A stretch of DNA of 64,000 nt from Polyangiales bacterium (lineage in GTDB: Bacteria > Myxococcota_A > Polyangia > Polyangiales > Ga0077539): contig JBGARZ010000006.1 in the NCBI GenBank assembly GCA_044229975.1, positions 347,525 through 411,524 on the forward strand, given 5' to 3'. Below, in pieces: positions 1-9,024 of this stretch. The translations under genes were made by a program, and so were the position numbers. Within the stretch, counting starts at the first letter, position 1. Every line of letters starts with the position of its first letter. The notes below the pieces were generated by a model that saw only the letters and a list, made by a program, of their open reading frames with translations, was not told the DNA's origin and did not search any database.

Positions 1-138
1 CGCGTTTCGTCGCAGGTCGGCCACCAGCACGCGACCCGCGACCCCCAGCCGCTGCAACGCCGCCTGGAACTCCTTCACCAGCGCCACGCGCCGCCCGCCG
101 CTGGTGAGCAGCACCGTGTAGCCGTGGTCGGCCGTCAC
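1..138 (-). CDS. N-terminal fragment of an ATP-grasp-like protein (continues off the left edge)
   Basis: Minus-strand translation from GTG at 138 reads VTADHGYTVLLTSGGRRVALVKEFQAALQRLGVAGRVLVADL. This resembles the N-terminus of ATP-grasp/carbamoyl-phosphate-synthase-like enzymes found in polysaccharide clusters. The start overlaps the upstream stop (GTGA, 135-138). Only 46 codons are visible. Confidence 0.35.
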   Translation of the reverse strand, partial: MTADHGYTVLLTSGGRRVALVKEFQAALQRLGVAGRVLVADLRRNA

Positions 139-2339
139 GCGCTCGCCTCCGCCTCCACCGCCGCCGCGCTCGTCTCCTCCGCCGTCGTCGCCTCGGTCGC
201 CATCTCGGTCAGCGTCACCGGCAGGCCCTCGCGCAAGCTACGAACGGCCATCAGCGTCGCGAGCGCCGTCCCGTAGGTCTCCTCCCACGAGATGGGCCAC
301 GCGCCGCCGTTGCGCACCGCCTCGACGAAGGCCTTGAAGCCCGCGCCGTGCCCCTTGTCCTTGTGGGCGTTTTCGTCGGTGCGGCGCTCACCCTTCCAGA
401 GCGCGATGGTGTCCCACTCGTCGATCACCGCCGTGCGACCACCACCGAACACTTCTACCCGCTCGACCGGTCCCGCGCGGTCACCACCCGCCTGGTACGA
501 GATGTTCGACACCCCACCATTCGCGTGACGAACCGTGATGAACACCTGGTCGTCCGTGGTCTCCAACCCCGGGTTCATCGCCACCGATTCCGCGTAGACC
601 TTCACGGGCCCGCTGCCCTGGAGCGCCACGCACGCGTCGATCGCATGGCACGCCTCGCCCACGATGCGACCGCCGCCCACGTCTTCATCCTGCGGCCACG
701 CGTTGGCGGGGATGCTCCCCGGCGCGAAGCGGAAGCTCACCGTGCGCGCCCCCACATCACGGAAGAACCCGCGCACCCGATCGAGCCCCGGCGCGAACCG
801 CCGGTTGAAGCCGACCATCACCACCGGGCAGTCCTTGCCGAGCTCGTCGACCGTCGCCTTCACGCGCGCGAGCTCGTCCTCGGTGATGCACAGCGGCTTC
901 TCCACGAAGACGTGCTTGCCCGCCTTCAGCGCGCGAATCACGAGGTCGGCGTGCAGGTCGTGCCGCGTCGCCACGAACACCGCGCGCGTCCCCGGATCGC
1001 GGAAGATCTCCTCGACGTCGGTGGTGGCGAAGTCGAAGTCCATCTTGCGGCCCGAGTGCTCGGCGTTGAGGCCGCGCGCCGTCCCGAGGCCGCGCCAACG
1101 AACGGGACCCAGCTTCGCAAACGCCGGCATCATCACCAGCCGCGCGTAGTTGCCCGCGCCGATGAGCGACACACCCAGCTCCGATGATCCCTGACCGCGC
1201 GCCGACCGCAGCTCCACCCGCCGCGACGGAACACCCTGCAACGCTGGATAGGTCAGCACCGCGCCGAGCACCGGGGCGTTGCTGGTGATGAGGTCGTAGG
1301 CCTCGGCCGCGCGGTCGATGGCGAAGCGGTGCGTGGTGAGCTTCTCCACCGGCAGCTTGCCCTGCGCGATGAGGTCGAGGATCGACTCCATGTTGCGCTG
1401 CGCCGTCCACCGGACATGCCCGAAGGGGTAGTCGATGCCCTTCTCCTCGTACGACGGGTCCATGCGGCCCGGGCCGAGCGAGGAAGAGACGGTGAACTCC
1501 AACTCCTTCATGAAGAAGGGAGCGCGCGGGAGGTTGAGACCCACCACGCCGACCAGCACGATGCGGCCCTTCGCGCGCGTCACTTCGGCCGCGAACTCGA
1601 TGGGCTCGTTGCTCTGCGTGGCCGCCGTGATGACCACCGCGTCGACGCCCTGCGCGCCCGCGAAGTCCCGCACGGCCTGCCGCGGCGACCCGATGCCCAC
1701 CGCGTCGGCGCCGAAGGTCTTGGCGAGCTCCAGCTTGGCCGGGTCGATGTCCGTTCCGAAGACGCGGCACCCTTGGGCCTTCAAGAGCGCCACGCAGATC
1801 TGCCCGATGAGCCCGAGGCCGATGACCAGCACGCGCTCGCCGAGCGTGGCCCGCGCGAGACGAACGCCTTCGAGGCCGATGCTGGCGACGCTGGTGTACG
1901 CGGCCTGCTCGAAGGTGACGTTCTCCGGGATGCGCGCCACGAGGTTGCGCCCGACGCTCACCACGCCCGCGTGCGGACCGGCTGTCGCGACGCGGTCGCC
2001 GGGCTTGTACTCCTGCACGCCGCGGCCGCACTCGACGATGACGCCCGCCGACGAGTAGCCGAGGGGCATGGGCTCGTCGAGCTTGGCCATCACCTGCTGC
2101 GCGGTGGTGACGAGGCCCTCCTGCTTGAGCTTCTGGAGCACGCGTCGAACGTGGTCGGGCCGCTCGCGGGCCTTGCCGATGAGGCTCTTGCGCGCGAGCT
2201 CGACGACGTAGCGCTCGGTGCCCGCGGAGACCAGCGACGCCGACGTGGCCACCACGACCTGCCCCGCAGACGCGACCGGAGCCGGAATCTCCCGCACGCC
2301 CGTCTTGCCCGAACGCACCTCCTGAACCACCTGCTTCAT
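135..2339 (-). CDS. bi-domain oxidoreductase (Zn-type alcohol dehydrogenase-like N-half plus Gfo/Idh/MocA-like C-half)
   Basis: 734-aa ORF with GC-rich third positions. The N-half has the MDR/ADH Rossmann motif VLVIGLGLIGQ. The C-half has LIGAGNYARLV plus the Gfo/Idh/MocA EKP motif (KHVFVEKPLC). All overlapping ORFs are Arg/Pro-rich shadows. Confidence 0.85.
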   Translation of the reverse strand: MKQVVQEVRSGKTGVREIPAPVASAGQVVVATSASLVSAGTERYVVELARKSLIGKARERPDHVRRVLQKLKQEGLVTTAQQVMAKLDEPMPLGYSSAGVIVECGRGVQEYKPGDRVATAGPHAGVVSVGRNLVARIPENVTFEQAAYTSVASIGLEGVRLARATLGERVLVIGLGLIGQICVALLKAQGCRVFGTDIDPAKLELAKTFGADAVGIGSPRQAVRDFAGAQGVDAVVITAATQSNEPIEFAAEVTRAKGRIVLVGVVGLNLPRAPFFMKELEFTVSSSLGPGRMDPSYEEKGIDYPFGHVRWTAQRNMESILDLIAQGKLPVEKLTTHRFAIDRAAEAYDLITSNAPVLGAVLTYPALQGVPSRRVELRSARGQGSSELGVSLIGAGNYARLVMMPAFAKLGPVRWRGLGTARGLNAEHSGRKMDFDFATTDVEEIFRDPGTRAVFVATRHDLHADLVIRALKAGKHVFVEKPLCITEDELARVKATVDELGKDCPVVMVGFNRRFAPGLDRVRGFFRDVGARTVSFRFAPGSIPANAWPQDEDVGGGRIVGEACHAIDACVALQGSGPVKVYAESVAMNPGLETTDDQVFITVRHANGGVSNISYQAGGDRAGPVERVEVFGGGRTAVIDEWDTIALWKGERRTDENAHKDKGHGAGFKAFVEAVRNGGAWPISWEETYGTALATLMAVRSLREGLPVTLTEMATEATTAEETSAAAVEAEASA

Positions 2340-2528
2340 CGACGTCTCCTCGTTGGAACCGACCGCGGGTTAGTCCATCCGCGGGTGACCATCAAGCGTT
2401 GCCCATCCGTCGCCGGACGTTCGATCAGCGAGGAAGAATGGGTCGCACGTCGGGACGAACTCTCGCGCTGTCAGGCTATGTCAACAGTGGGTTGATGGGC
2501 GCTTGCCATCCGTGCCAGACCGGCGCCG

Positions 2529-3488
2529 ATGCAGAAGCCATACGACTTGATGGCGAAGGGGCTGCTCGAAGGAGCCCTCCAGGGGCCTTGCGAGGTGCGC
2601 GTCGAGGAGCAGGTGGTCGCCGACGCCCGCGCCATCGACACGGTGGTGGTGCCCGACCCGAGGCGGCGCGGTGAGCTCACATCGCGTGGTGTCCTGGGCG
2701 ACATCGCGGCGGACTTCTGTGTGATCGAGGCGTTTCATGACGCCCCCGGCGTCAATGAGGTCGACGAATGCCAGTTGAAGACCCTGGCGCTGCACGCCCG
2801 ACAGCGCGCCGCGTGGCAGGCGTTGCCCACGACCGAGCGAGGCCCGGTGCCTCCGCGACCGCGCCTGTGGATCCTGAGCGCGGGCGACCCGGAAACACTG
2901 CGTGAGGCGTGGGCGATGGTCCCAATGCCGTCGTGGCCATCGGGATGTTTCTGGACGGGTAGTGCACTGGCGCCGCATGTCGTCGTGATCCGTTCGTTGC
3001 CACGAATTCGTGACACGCTGCTGCTCCGACTGCTCGGAGCGGGCGACACACTGCGCGCCGCGTACGACGACCTGCGCGCGTTGCCCGACGACGCGTGGGA
3101 GCGAGGGATGTTGACGCCGCTCCTCACGTTGCTGCGACTGGAGCTGCCGCGCATGGGAATCGGGGAGTACGATCCGAAGGAGGAAGCGATGCGATACCAG
3201 GAAGCCGTCGAGATCTATCAGCGCGAGAAGGCCGAGACCCGCGCAGAAGGGCTGCGCGAAGGGCTGCGCGAAGGGCTGCGCGAAGGGCTGCGCGAAGGGC
3301 TGCGCGAAGGCATGGCGCCGTTGCAGAGGCTCTATCAACGCAAGCTCGGTCGCGAACTCACTTCGGCCGAACAGGAGACGTTGTTCGCTCGACTCGCGAC
3401 CGTGGGCGCTGTTCGTCTGGGCGATGTGGTGCTCGACCTCGATGGGCCCGCACTCGACCGCTGGCTCAACGATCCGAACGCGGCCTGA
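2529..3488 (+). CDS. DUF4351-type protein (Rpn/YhgA-like PD-(D/E)XK family, expanded in myxobacteria and cyanobacteria)
   Basis: 319 aa. The N-terminus PYDLMAKGLLEGAL...VVADARAIDTVVVPD...VIEAFH resembles the Rpn-like nuclease core. The C-terminal ~60 aa (LFARLATVGAVRLGDVVLDLDGPALDRWL) resembles DUF4351. Contains an (EGLR)5 repeat. Confidence 0.55.
   Translation: MQKPYDLMAKGLLEGALQGPCEVRVEEQVVADARAIDTVVVPDPRRRGELTSRGVLGDIAADFCVIEAFHDAPGVNEVDECQLKTLALHARQRAAWQALPTTERGPVPPRPRLWILSAGDPETLREAWAMVPMPSWPSGCFWTGSALAPHVVVIRSLPRIRDTLLLRLLGAGDTLRAAYDDLRALPDDAWERGMLTPLLTLLRLELPRMGIGEYDPKEEAMRYQEAVEIYQREKAETRAEGLREGLREGLREGLREGLREGMAPLQRLYQRKLGRELTSAEQETLFARLATVGAVRLGDVVLDLDGPALDRWLNDPNAA
3246..3305 (+). 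repeat. perfect 12-bp tandem repeat x5 (gaagggctgcgc), in frame, encoding (EGLR)5
   Basis: Read directly from the sequence: five identical consecutive 12-mers at 3246-3305, then a partial sixth copy (gaaggc). The antisense ORF 2481..3548 shows the mirror FAQP repeat. Confidence 0.97.
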
Positions 3489-3507
3489 GTCTCTGCGCTG
3501 ATCTTGA

Positions 3508-4716
3508 TCAGCGGACGGTCGTTGGCGTTGCGCTGTCGGTCGCCGCACCGTCCCCGAGCTGCCCCACGCTGCTGCTGCCCCAACAGCGGACCGTGCGGTC
3601 GGTGCGTCGGGCGCAGCTCGTGTCGAGCGCGAGAGCCAGCTCCGCCACGGAGGTCAACGCCACGACCGCCACCCGTGTGAGCCTCGTCTCGCGCGTTCCG
3701 TCCCCGAGCTGTCCGGCGGTGTTGTCGCCCCAGCAGCGAACGGCGCCGTCATCAAGCAGCGCGCACGAGTGCCGCCCACCGAGCGAGATGCTCGTGACGT
3801 GCGAGAGCCCGACCACCGTCACTGGCGTAGCCCGGTCGTCGCGGGTGCCGTCTCCGAGCTGTCCCGCAGAGTTGTCGCCCCAGCAGCGAACGGCACCATC
3901 GGCGAGAACCGCGCACGCGTGGGTGGCGCCGCATGCGATGCGCGTCGCGCCGGTGAGTCCGATGACCGCTGCGGGCGTCGCGAGCATCCCGACCGTCCCG
4001 ACGCCCGCTTCCCCTTCTGAGTTGTAACCCCAGCAGCGCACCGTTCGGTCGGCGAGGCGGGCGCAGGGTGTGGCGCCGCCCAGCGCGAGCTCCACCGCGG
4101 GAGATACACCCGGCACCGTCGTCGGTTGATTGGTGGCGCGGAGCGTCCCGGTTCCGAGCTGTCCGAGTCGCCCGTCGCCGAGGCACTGCACGGTGCCGTC
4201 GGCAATCAATGCGCAGGTGAGGTTGGAGCCCGAGGCCACGGTCACCACGTCGCGCAAACCAGGAACGACGTCGGGAAGATCGTGACGCCCGGGACTGCCG
4301 AGCTCACCGAGGAAGTTGTAGCCCCAGCAGCGGACGGTGCCGCCTGCGAGGCGCGCGCAGCCGTGCGATTCGAGCGACACCTGCGTCGCGCCGTCGAGCT
4401 CGGGGAAGGGGCGCGGTGAGGTCACGCGCTCGACCGTTCCGGAGGGGAAGTGCGCGCCGTTGCCGCCCCAGCAACGGACACCGCCAGCGGACGCGCGCGC
4501 ACAGAACGCCTGGGTGCGCGATCCCGACCAGAGGGTGTCCGCGAGGAAGGGCGGCAGCGCGGCGTCCGGCGAGTCGTCGACCGCGGGCGCGTCGACCGTC
4601 GGGACGTCGAGGGTCGCTCCCGCGTCCGTGATCGTGTTGGTGACCGACGCCCCGCAGCCGGTCGCCAGGAGCGCGAGGACGACGTGATGGAGCATGGGCG
4701 TGGTGGCGCGGCGCAT
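3508..4716 (-). CDS. RCC1-repeat (beta-propeller) lipoprotein
   Basis: Repeated RCC1 signatures: VRCWGYNFLGELG, VQCLGDGRLGQLGTG, VRCWGYNSEGEAGVG, VRCWGDNSAGQLGDGT (twice), VRCWGSSSVGQLGDG. Start chosen at MRRATTPMLHHVVLALLATGC (lipobox LLATGC). The track ORF extends to 4905, but that extension is Arg-rich and non-coding-like. Confidence 0.85.
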   Translation of the reverse strand: MRRATTPMLHHVVLALLATGCGASVTNTITDAGATLDVPTVDAPAVDDSPDAALPPFLADTLWSGSRTQAFCARASAGGVRCWGGNGAHFPSGTVERVTSPRPFPELDGATQVSLESHGCARLAGGTVRCWGYNFLGELGSPGRHDLPDVVPGLRDVVTVASGSNLTCALIADGTVQCLGDGRLGQLGTGTLRATNQPTTVPGVSPAVELALGGATPCARLADRTVRCWGYNSEGEAGVGTVGMLATPAAVIGLTGATRIACGATHACAVLADGAVRCWGDNSAGQLGDGTRDDRATPVTVVGLSHVTSISLGGRHSCALLDDGAVRCWGDNTAGQLGDGTRETRLTRVAVVALTSVAELALALDTSCARRTDRTVRCWGSSSVGQLGDGAATDSATPTTVR

Positions 4717-4739
4717 CAGATGGAGGGAAGTGCCGCTGG

Positions 4740-5735
4740 TCACTCGCAGGCGCCGCGCACGTTCCCGCTCGAATCCGACGAGGGCACACACCGCTGGGCG
4801 CCGACGTCGGAGCAGGTGATCTCGTGGGAGGTGTTGCCGAGGCAGAAGCGGATGCGGGTGCCGTCGACGCACTGCGAGGCGCTCGCCCGCGCGGGGTCGG
4901 CGCACGGGTCACCCTGCGGACGGTCGGTGTCCCTCAACGCGACCGGGGCGAGCGACGCGCCCTCGCGCGCGCTCAAGCGCTCCCACCCGCCGCAATGCCG
5001 GGAGCCGTCGAGGCCCACGACGCACACCGTCCCCTGCGGCTCGCAGGAGCCGTTGGTGCTCGACGCCGTGCCGTCGGCGGAGCAGCGCCCGCCCGCACCG
5101 CAATCGATCCGCGCGAGCCCCGGCGCGACGAGGGTGTTGCCTTCGCAGGTGATGGCGCCCTCTCCGTTCGCAAAGATGCAACGTGTGATGTCCGAGGAGA
5201 CGCCGCAGGTTGCGCCTTGGGCCGCGCAGTCCTCGACGGTGCCGTAGCCGCTGGGCGGGCAGTACACGGCGCGGTTGCCGTCGCAGTAGTCCCTCCCCGT
5301 TGGGCAGGACGCACGCCCAACGCATCGCGCGACGGCGGAGCAGCTCGTCGCGGCCAGCGCGCAAGCCGCCTGTGAGCGCACGGCGGCGGGCGACCAGCGG
5401 CTGCCCTGCGTGTTGGAGGTGGTCATTCCCCCGATGCTGCTCCGGCTCGCGCGGAAGACCTGCCCAGCCGCGCGGGAGCCGAGGGCGAGCCTGCAGTCAC
5501 CGTACCCGGCCTGACCGTCGTTGAGTCGCGGCGCCACGCCGCACGCGAGGAGGCGGGTGCACACCTCGTCGATGGCGCGCAGGTCGAGCGTGAGGTTGCC
5601 GTCGGCGCTCGGCGCGAGGAGGGGGCCGGTCGTGGCGCTCCCTCCTCCGTCGACGGCGGTGGTCTCGCCAGTGCCGTTGACCGCGTTGCAAGCGAGGACC
5701 GGAACGACGATCAGACAGAGACGCAGGGCGTTCAT
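4740..5735 (-). CDS. Cys-rich secreted lipoprotein, function unknown
   Basis: Start chosen at MNALRLCLIVVPVLAC (signal plus lipobox). The mature part has many paired Cys and GC-rich third positions. It lies directly upstream of the RCC1 gene on the same strand. Confidence 0.6.
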   Translation of the reverse strand: MNALRLCLIVVPVLACNAVNGTGETTAVDGGGSATTGPLLAPSADGNLTLDLRAIDEVCTRLLACGVAPRLNDGQAGYGDCRLALGSRAAGQVFRASRSSIGGMTTSNTQGSRWSPAAVRSQAACALAATSCSAVARCVGRASCPTGRDYCDGNRAVYCPPSGYGTVEDCAAQGATCGVSSDITRCIFANGEGAITCEGNTLVAPGLARIDCGAGGRCSADGTASSTNGSCEPQGTVCVVGLDGSRHCGGWERLSAREGASLAPVALRDTDRPQGDPCADPARASASQCVDGTRIRFCLGNTSHEITCSDVGAQRCVPSSDSSGNVRGACE

Positions 5736-5826
5736 CGTCGGCGTTATCGCGCGGGCGACGATGCCTGACAACGGAACGCGCCGGGCCTTTTCCCCTCCGC
5801 TCAGCATTGGCGTAGCGTCCGACGCC

Positions 5827-7617
5827 ATGCGACGCGCGCTCCCGCTGTGGTTGATCCCGTGCTGCCTCGTGCTGACCACCTGCGCGGCGGACGAGGCCAC
5901 CGACGACGACGCCATCGACCCCGGGCCCTACGGCGCGGGCGCGGACTCGCTCGTGGCGCGGGGCGCCTACACGACCTCGACCACCAACCTCTGCGGCGGA
6001 CTGCCGCGTGTGGAAGGACTCCGCACGCCCGCGGGCGTGTGCGTGGGCCTTGTCGCGCGCGGGATGAAGTTCCCGCGTGGCGTGGCCGAGCGCGCCACCG
6101 GTGACCTCATCGTCGTCGACATGGGCGGCTGGGCGCCCAACAACGGCAACGTCCGGTACCTCCGCCGCGCCGCCAACGGCACCTTCCGCGAAGAGTCCGT
6201 GGTGCAGAACGGCGCCACGGGATCGCTGCTGCGCCGCATCGACCGGCCCAGCGGCGTCGCCATCGGCCCCGACGGCTTCGTCTACGTCGCGACCCCATCG
6301 GACATCTTCCGCTTCGACCCCGACGAGCGCCCTCGCCCCGTGTTGGAACAGGTGGTCCGCTTCGCTCAGGCGCCCGCCGGGGCGCGGCACCCGCTCACGC
6401 ACTTCGTGTTCACGCCGGAGTCGTTTACGCGGCCGCAGGGGCCGTGGCAGCTCTTCGTCAACGTCGGCTCCGCGTCGGACGTCTGCGAGACCGCGCAGGG
6501 AACGTACCCCACGCCCTGCGCCGAGACGGAAGACACCGAGAACCCGCGTGGGGCCGTTCGTCGGGTGACCCTCGCGGGGCCGCGACCGGCGGGGCCGAGG
6601 CCCGCTGGCGGCTGGCCGCTGCGCGCGACGTCGGAGGTGTTCGCGCGGGGGCTGCGCAACTCCATGGCGCTCGCGGTGCACCCCACCTCGGGGCTGGTGT
6701 TTCAAGCGGAGAACTCGCGCGACGCGATTCACACCAACGCGCCCGCGCTGCGTGCTCGCGAGGCCGACCTGCCGCACGAGGAGATCAACGTCCTCGAAGC
6801 GAACGGCCACTACGGCTGGCCCTACTGCTACGACCTCAACAGCCCGAACCCCGAGTACCCGAACGCGCAGTGCGGTCGGTACAAGTCGCCGACGATGCTG
6901 CTGCCGGGGCACGCCTCACCGCTGGCGATGCGCTTCTACACGGGCACGATGATGCCCGCGGCGTGGCGCAACGGAATGCTCGTGACCTTCCACGGCGGTC
7001 GCGCCTACGGGCACCGCCTGGTGCTGCTGCCGACGCGCGAAGACGGGACACCCACCGGCTCGATCTTCGACATCGTGTCGGGCTGGGACGATCGACCGCA
7101 GGCGCCGTCGCACCCGCGCGGGCGACCCGTCGATGTGACGGTGAGCCGCGACGGCTCGCTCTTCCTCACCGAAGATCACAACGGGACGGTGCTGCGGGTG
7201 TTCTTCGATGCAGCGCGCGGGGATGGGGCGCCGCTGACGCCGGAGGTCACCATGGCGCCCGCTCCGTTGGATCGTAACAGCGCGGCGTGCCGGGCCCTCG
7301 CGACGCGCACCGACGCCTTCGCGCGCATCCAGCGCGATGTTCTCGATCGGAGCTGCGTCGAGGGCTGCCACAGCGGCCAGGACGGCGCCCAGGGTGGCCT
7401 GCTGCTCGACCTGTGCGACGACGCCGGCAACGCGCGGCGGCTGCGGACGGAGAGCGGGCCCGGCGGGCGTCCGTGGATCGTCGCGGGCAACCCCGATGGG
7501 AGTCGGTTGATGGACAGCCTGCGCGGCGTCAACGGCGCCCCGCGGATGCCGTCAGCGGGATTGCCCGCCGCGCAGATCGACCTCATCGCGCAGTGGATTC
7601 GCGAGGGCGCGCGGTAG
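5827..7617 (+). CDS. PQQ-dependent sugar (glucose/sorbosone) dehydrogenase-like beta-propeller lipoprotein with a C-terminal cytochrome-c-like domain
   Basis: Start at MRRALPLWLIPCCLVLTTC (lipobox). Propeller motifs include GLRNSMALAVHP, NGHYGWPYCY and FGHRLVLLP-type blades. The C-terminal ~110 aa resemble planctomycete-type cytochrome c domains but carry CVEGCH (CX3CH) in place of CXXCH. Confidence 0.7.
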   Translation: MRRALPLWLIPCCLVLTTCAADEATDDDAIDPGPYGAGADSLVARGAYTTSTTNLCGGLPRVEGLRTPAGVCVGLVARGMKFPRGVAERATGDLIVVDMGGWAPNNGNVRYLRRAANGTFREESVVQNGATGSLLRRIDRPSGVAIGPDGFVYVATPSDIFRFDPDERPRPVLEQVVRFAQAPAGARHPLTHFVFTPESFTRPQGPWQLFVNVGSASDVCETAQGTYPTPCAETEDTENPRGAVRRVTLAGPRPAGPRPAGGWPLRATSEVFARGLRNSMALAVHPTSGLVFQAENSRDAIHTNAPALRAREADLPHEEINVLEANGHYGWPYCYDLNSPNPEYPNAQCGRYKSPTMLLPGHASPLAMRFYTGTMMPAAWRNGMLVTFHGGRAYGHRLVLLPTREDGTPTGSIFDIVSGWDDRPQAPSHPRGRPVDVTVSRDGSLFLTEDHNGTVLRVFFDAARGDGAPLTPEVTMAPAPLDRNSAACRALATRTDAFARIQRDVLDRSCVEGCHSGQDGAQGGLLLDLCDDAGNARRLRTESGPGGRPWIVAGNPDGSRLMDSLRGVNGAPRMPSAGLPAAQIDLIAQWIREGAR

Positions 7618-7688
7618 GGGCGTCGCAGCGCCAGCGCTCTCGACGCTCACAGCGCATCGCGTCGGCGACGATGCTATGCGTTCGCCCG

Positions 7689-8258
7689 ATGAGGTTCGGA
7701 GACATCCTCTTGTTGGCGGTCGGACTTGCGATGGACGCGACCGCCGCGGCTGCCACGCGAGGGATGGGCGTGGCCCGTCTGCGATGGCATCACGCGCTGC
7801 GGGTGGCGTTGTTGTTCGGCGGCTTTCAGGCGCTGATGCCTCTGCTTGGTTGGTACCTCGGGCGCCGCATTGGTCCGCTCGTCGAGGCGTGGGACCACTG
7901 GATCGCGTTTGTTCTGCTCGGTGGCATCGGAGGGAAGATGCTGTGGGAAGCGCGCTCGTCGGATGACGACGGCGAGCGCCCCGCGGGCGACCCCTTCGGC
8001 ACGCGCCTGCTGCTCACGCTGGCGGTCGCGACGAGCATCGATGCGCTCGCGGTGGGCGTGACGCTGCCGATGCTCCACGCGCCGCTGGCGATGTCCATCG
8101 TGACCATCGGCGTGACGACGGCGGCGCTCAGCGTGCTGGGTCTATGGCTGGGTCACCGCGCGGGCGCGACGCTCGGTCGCAGGCTCGACGTCTTCGGCGG
8201 GCTGGTGCTCATCGCGCTCGGCACGAAGATCCTCGTCGAGCACCTGCACCGGGGCTGA
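7689..8258 (+). CDS. mntP: manganese efflux pump MntP
   Basis: 189 aa. Matches MntP/YebN throughout: MRFGDILLLAVGLAMDATAAA...LLFGGFQALMPLLGW...LAVATSIDALAVGV...LVLIALGTKIL. An alternative in-frame ATG lies at 7671. Confidence 0.85.
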   Translation: MRFGDILLLAVGLAMDATAAAATRGMGVARLRWHHALRVALLFGGFQALMPLLGWYLGRRIGPLVEAWDHWIAFVLLGGIGGKMLWEARSSDDDGERPAGDPFGTRLLLTLAVATSIDALAVGVTLPMLHAPLAMSIVTIGVTTAALSVLGLWLGHRAGATLGRRLDVFGGLVLIALGTKILVEHLHRG

Positions 8259-8261
8259 ACG

Positions 8262-8699
8262 CTACCGGCAACGGTCGAAGGTGAAGCTGCCGCTGAAGGT
8301 GTGCGGGTTGGGGTCGCTGGTGCCCGTGTTGCTGCACTCGATGGTCGCGGTTCCGCTGACGGGGTAGACGGTGTTCTGCATGTAGTCCTCGCGGGAGAAG
8401 GTCATCGGCCCGCACCCCGCGATGACGTTGCGGCGCTGAAGCGGAATCGGAATCCCGAAGGGCGTCGCGAGCCCGGAGACCAGGTACGAGATCTCCGCCT
8501 GACCGTCGTCCGTGCGCGTGAAACGGAACGTCCCCGCGCTCGTCTCGAGCTCCACCGAGTTGGGAGCGCGCGCGTGTTCGCCGCTCGCGCAGTCGTTGAT
8601 CTGCACGGGCTGACCGTCGATCACCAGCGTGCCGGTCGCGCCACCGCCGCATCCGACCGTCAGCAGAAACCCAAGCGCCAGGGAGAGTTGCATCTTCAT
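8262..8699 (-). CDS. small lipoprotein, function unknown
   Basis: MKMQLSLALGFLLTVGCGG is a classical signal plus lipobox. 145 aa with high GC3. Confidence 0.6.
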   Translation of the reverse strand: MKMQLSLALGFLLTVGCGGGATGTLVIDGQPVQINDCASGEHARAPNSVELETSAGTFRFTRTDDGQAEISYLVSGLATPFGIPIPLQRRNVIAGCGPMTFSREDYMQNTVYPVSGTATIECSNTGTSDPNPHTFSGSFTFDRCR

Positions 8700-9024
8700 C
8701 GGGACCTCGCGCGGCGCCCTTCAAGATGAGGCACGCCGTGATGGTTCGTTGAGCAACGCGCATGCCCTCCGCGACCGCTCGGACAACGCTCGAAAGTGAT
8801 GGTCTCCGAGCGTGGCACCGCCGCCCCGTGAGCGTGGCGCACGCGCGCCGGTTCGACCTCGCGACGACGCAGATCAGACTGTTTTCTCGCGGCACGGGCG
8901 TTGGAGACCGGCCCCCTGCGCGCGGGTCTTCACCCCACGCGGAGGAGACCATGAACAGACCCATCATCCGAACCACCCACCTCGGATCTGCAACGGCGGC
9001 GAGGTCAGGCCGCGCACCTCCGAC

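Noticed and set aside
757-2495. Long ORFs 757..2031(-) and 1329..2495(+) overlapping the bi-domain oxidoreductase
   Set aside because: These are off-frame or antisense shadows typical of DNA above 70% GC. Their products are Arg/Gly/Pro/Ala-rich, lack motifs, and have poor third-position GC compared with the called frame.
2481-3548. 355-aa minus ORF with an FAQP x5 repeat
   Set aside because: It is the antisense reading of the (EGLR)5 repeat in the plus-strand DUF4351 gene. The rest of the product is Arg-rich shadow.
5497-6912. 471-aa minus-strand ORF antisense to the PQQ-dehydrogenase gene
   Set aside because: Arg/Pro-rich shadow. The plus-strand frame carries clear propeller motifs and a lipobox start.
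7618-7688. A yybP-ykoY (Mn2+) riboswitch upstream of mntP
   Set aside because: Only about 70 nt separate the upstream stop from the mntP start, and I see no conserved four-way-junction sequence features. Too short and unsupported.
8812-9024. Extending the Cys-rich ORF to the ATG at 8812
   Set aside because: The upstream 70 codons are Arg/Pro-rich with mixed third-position composition. They overlap the promoter region of the divergent lipoprotein gene, and the coding signal only begins around 8985.
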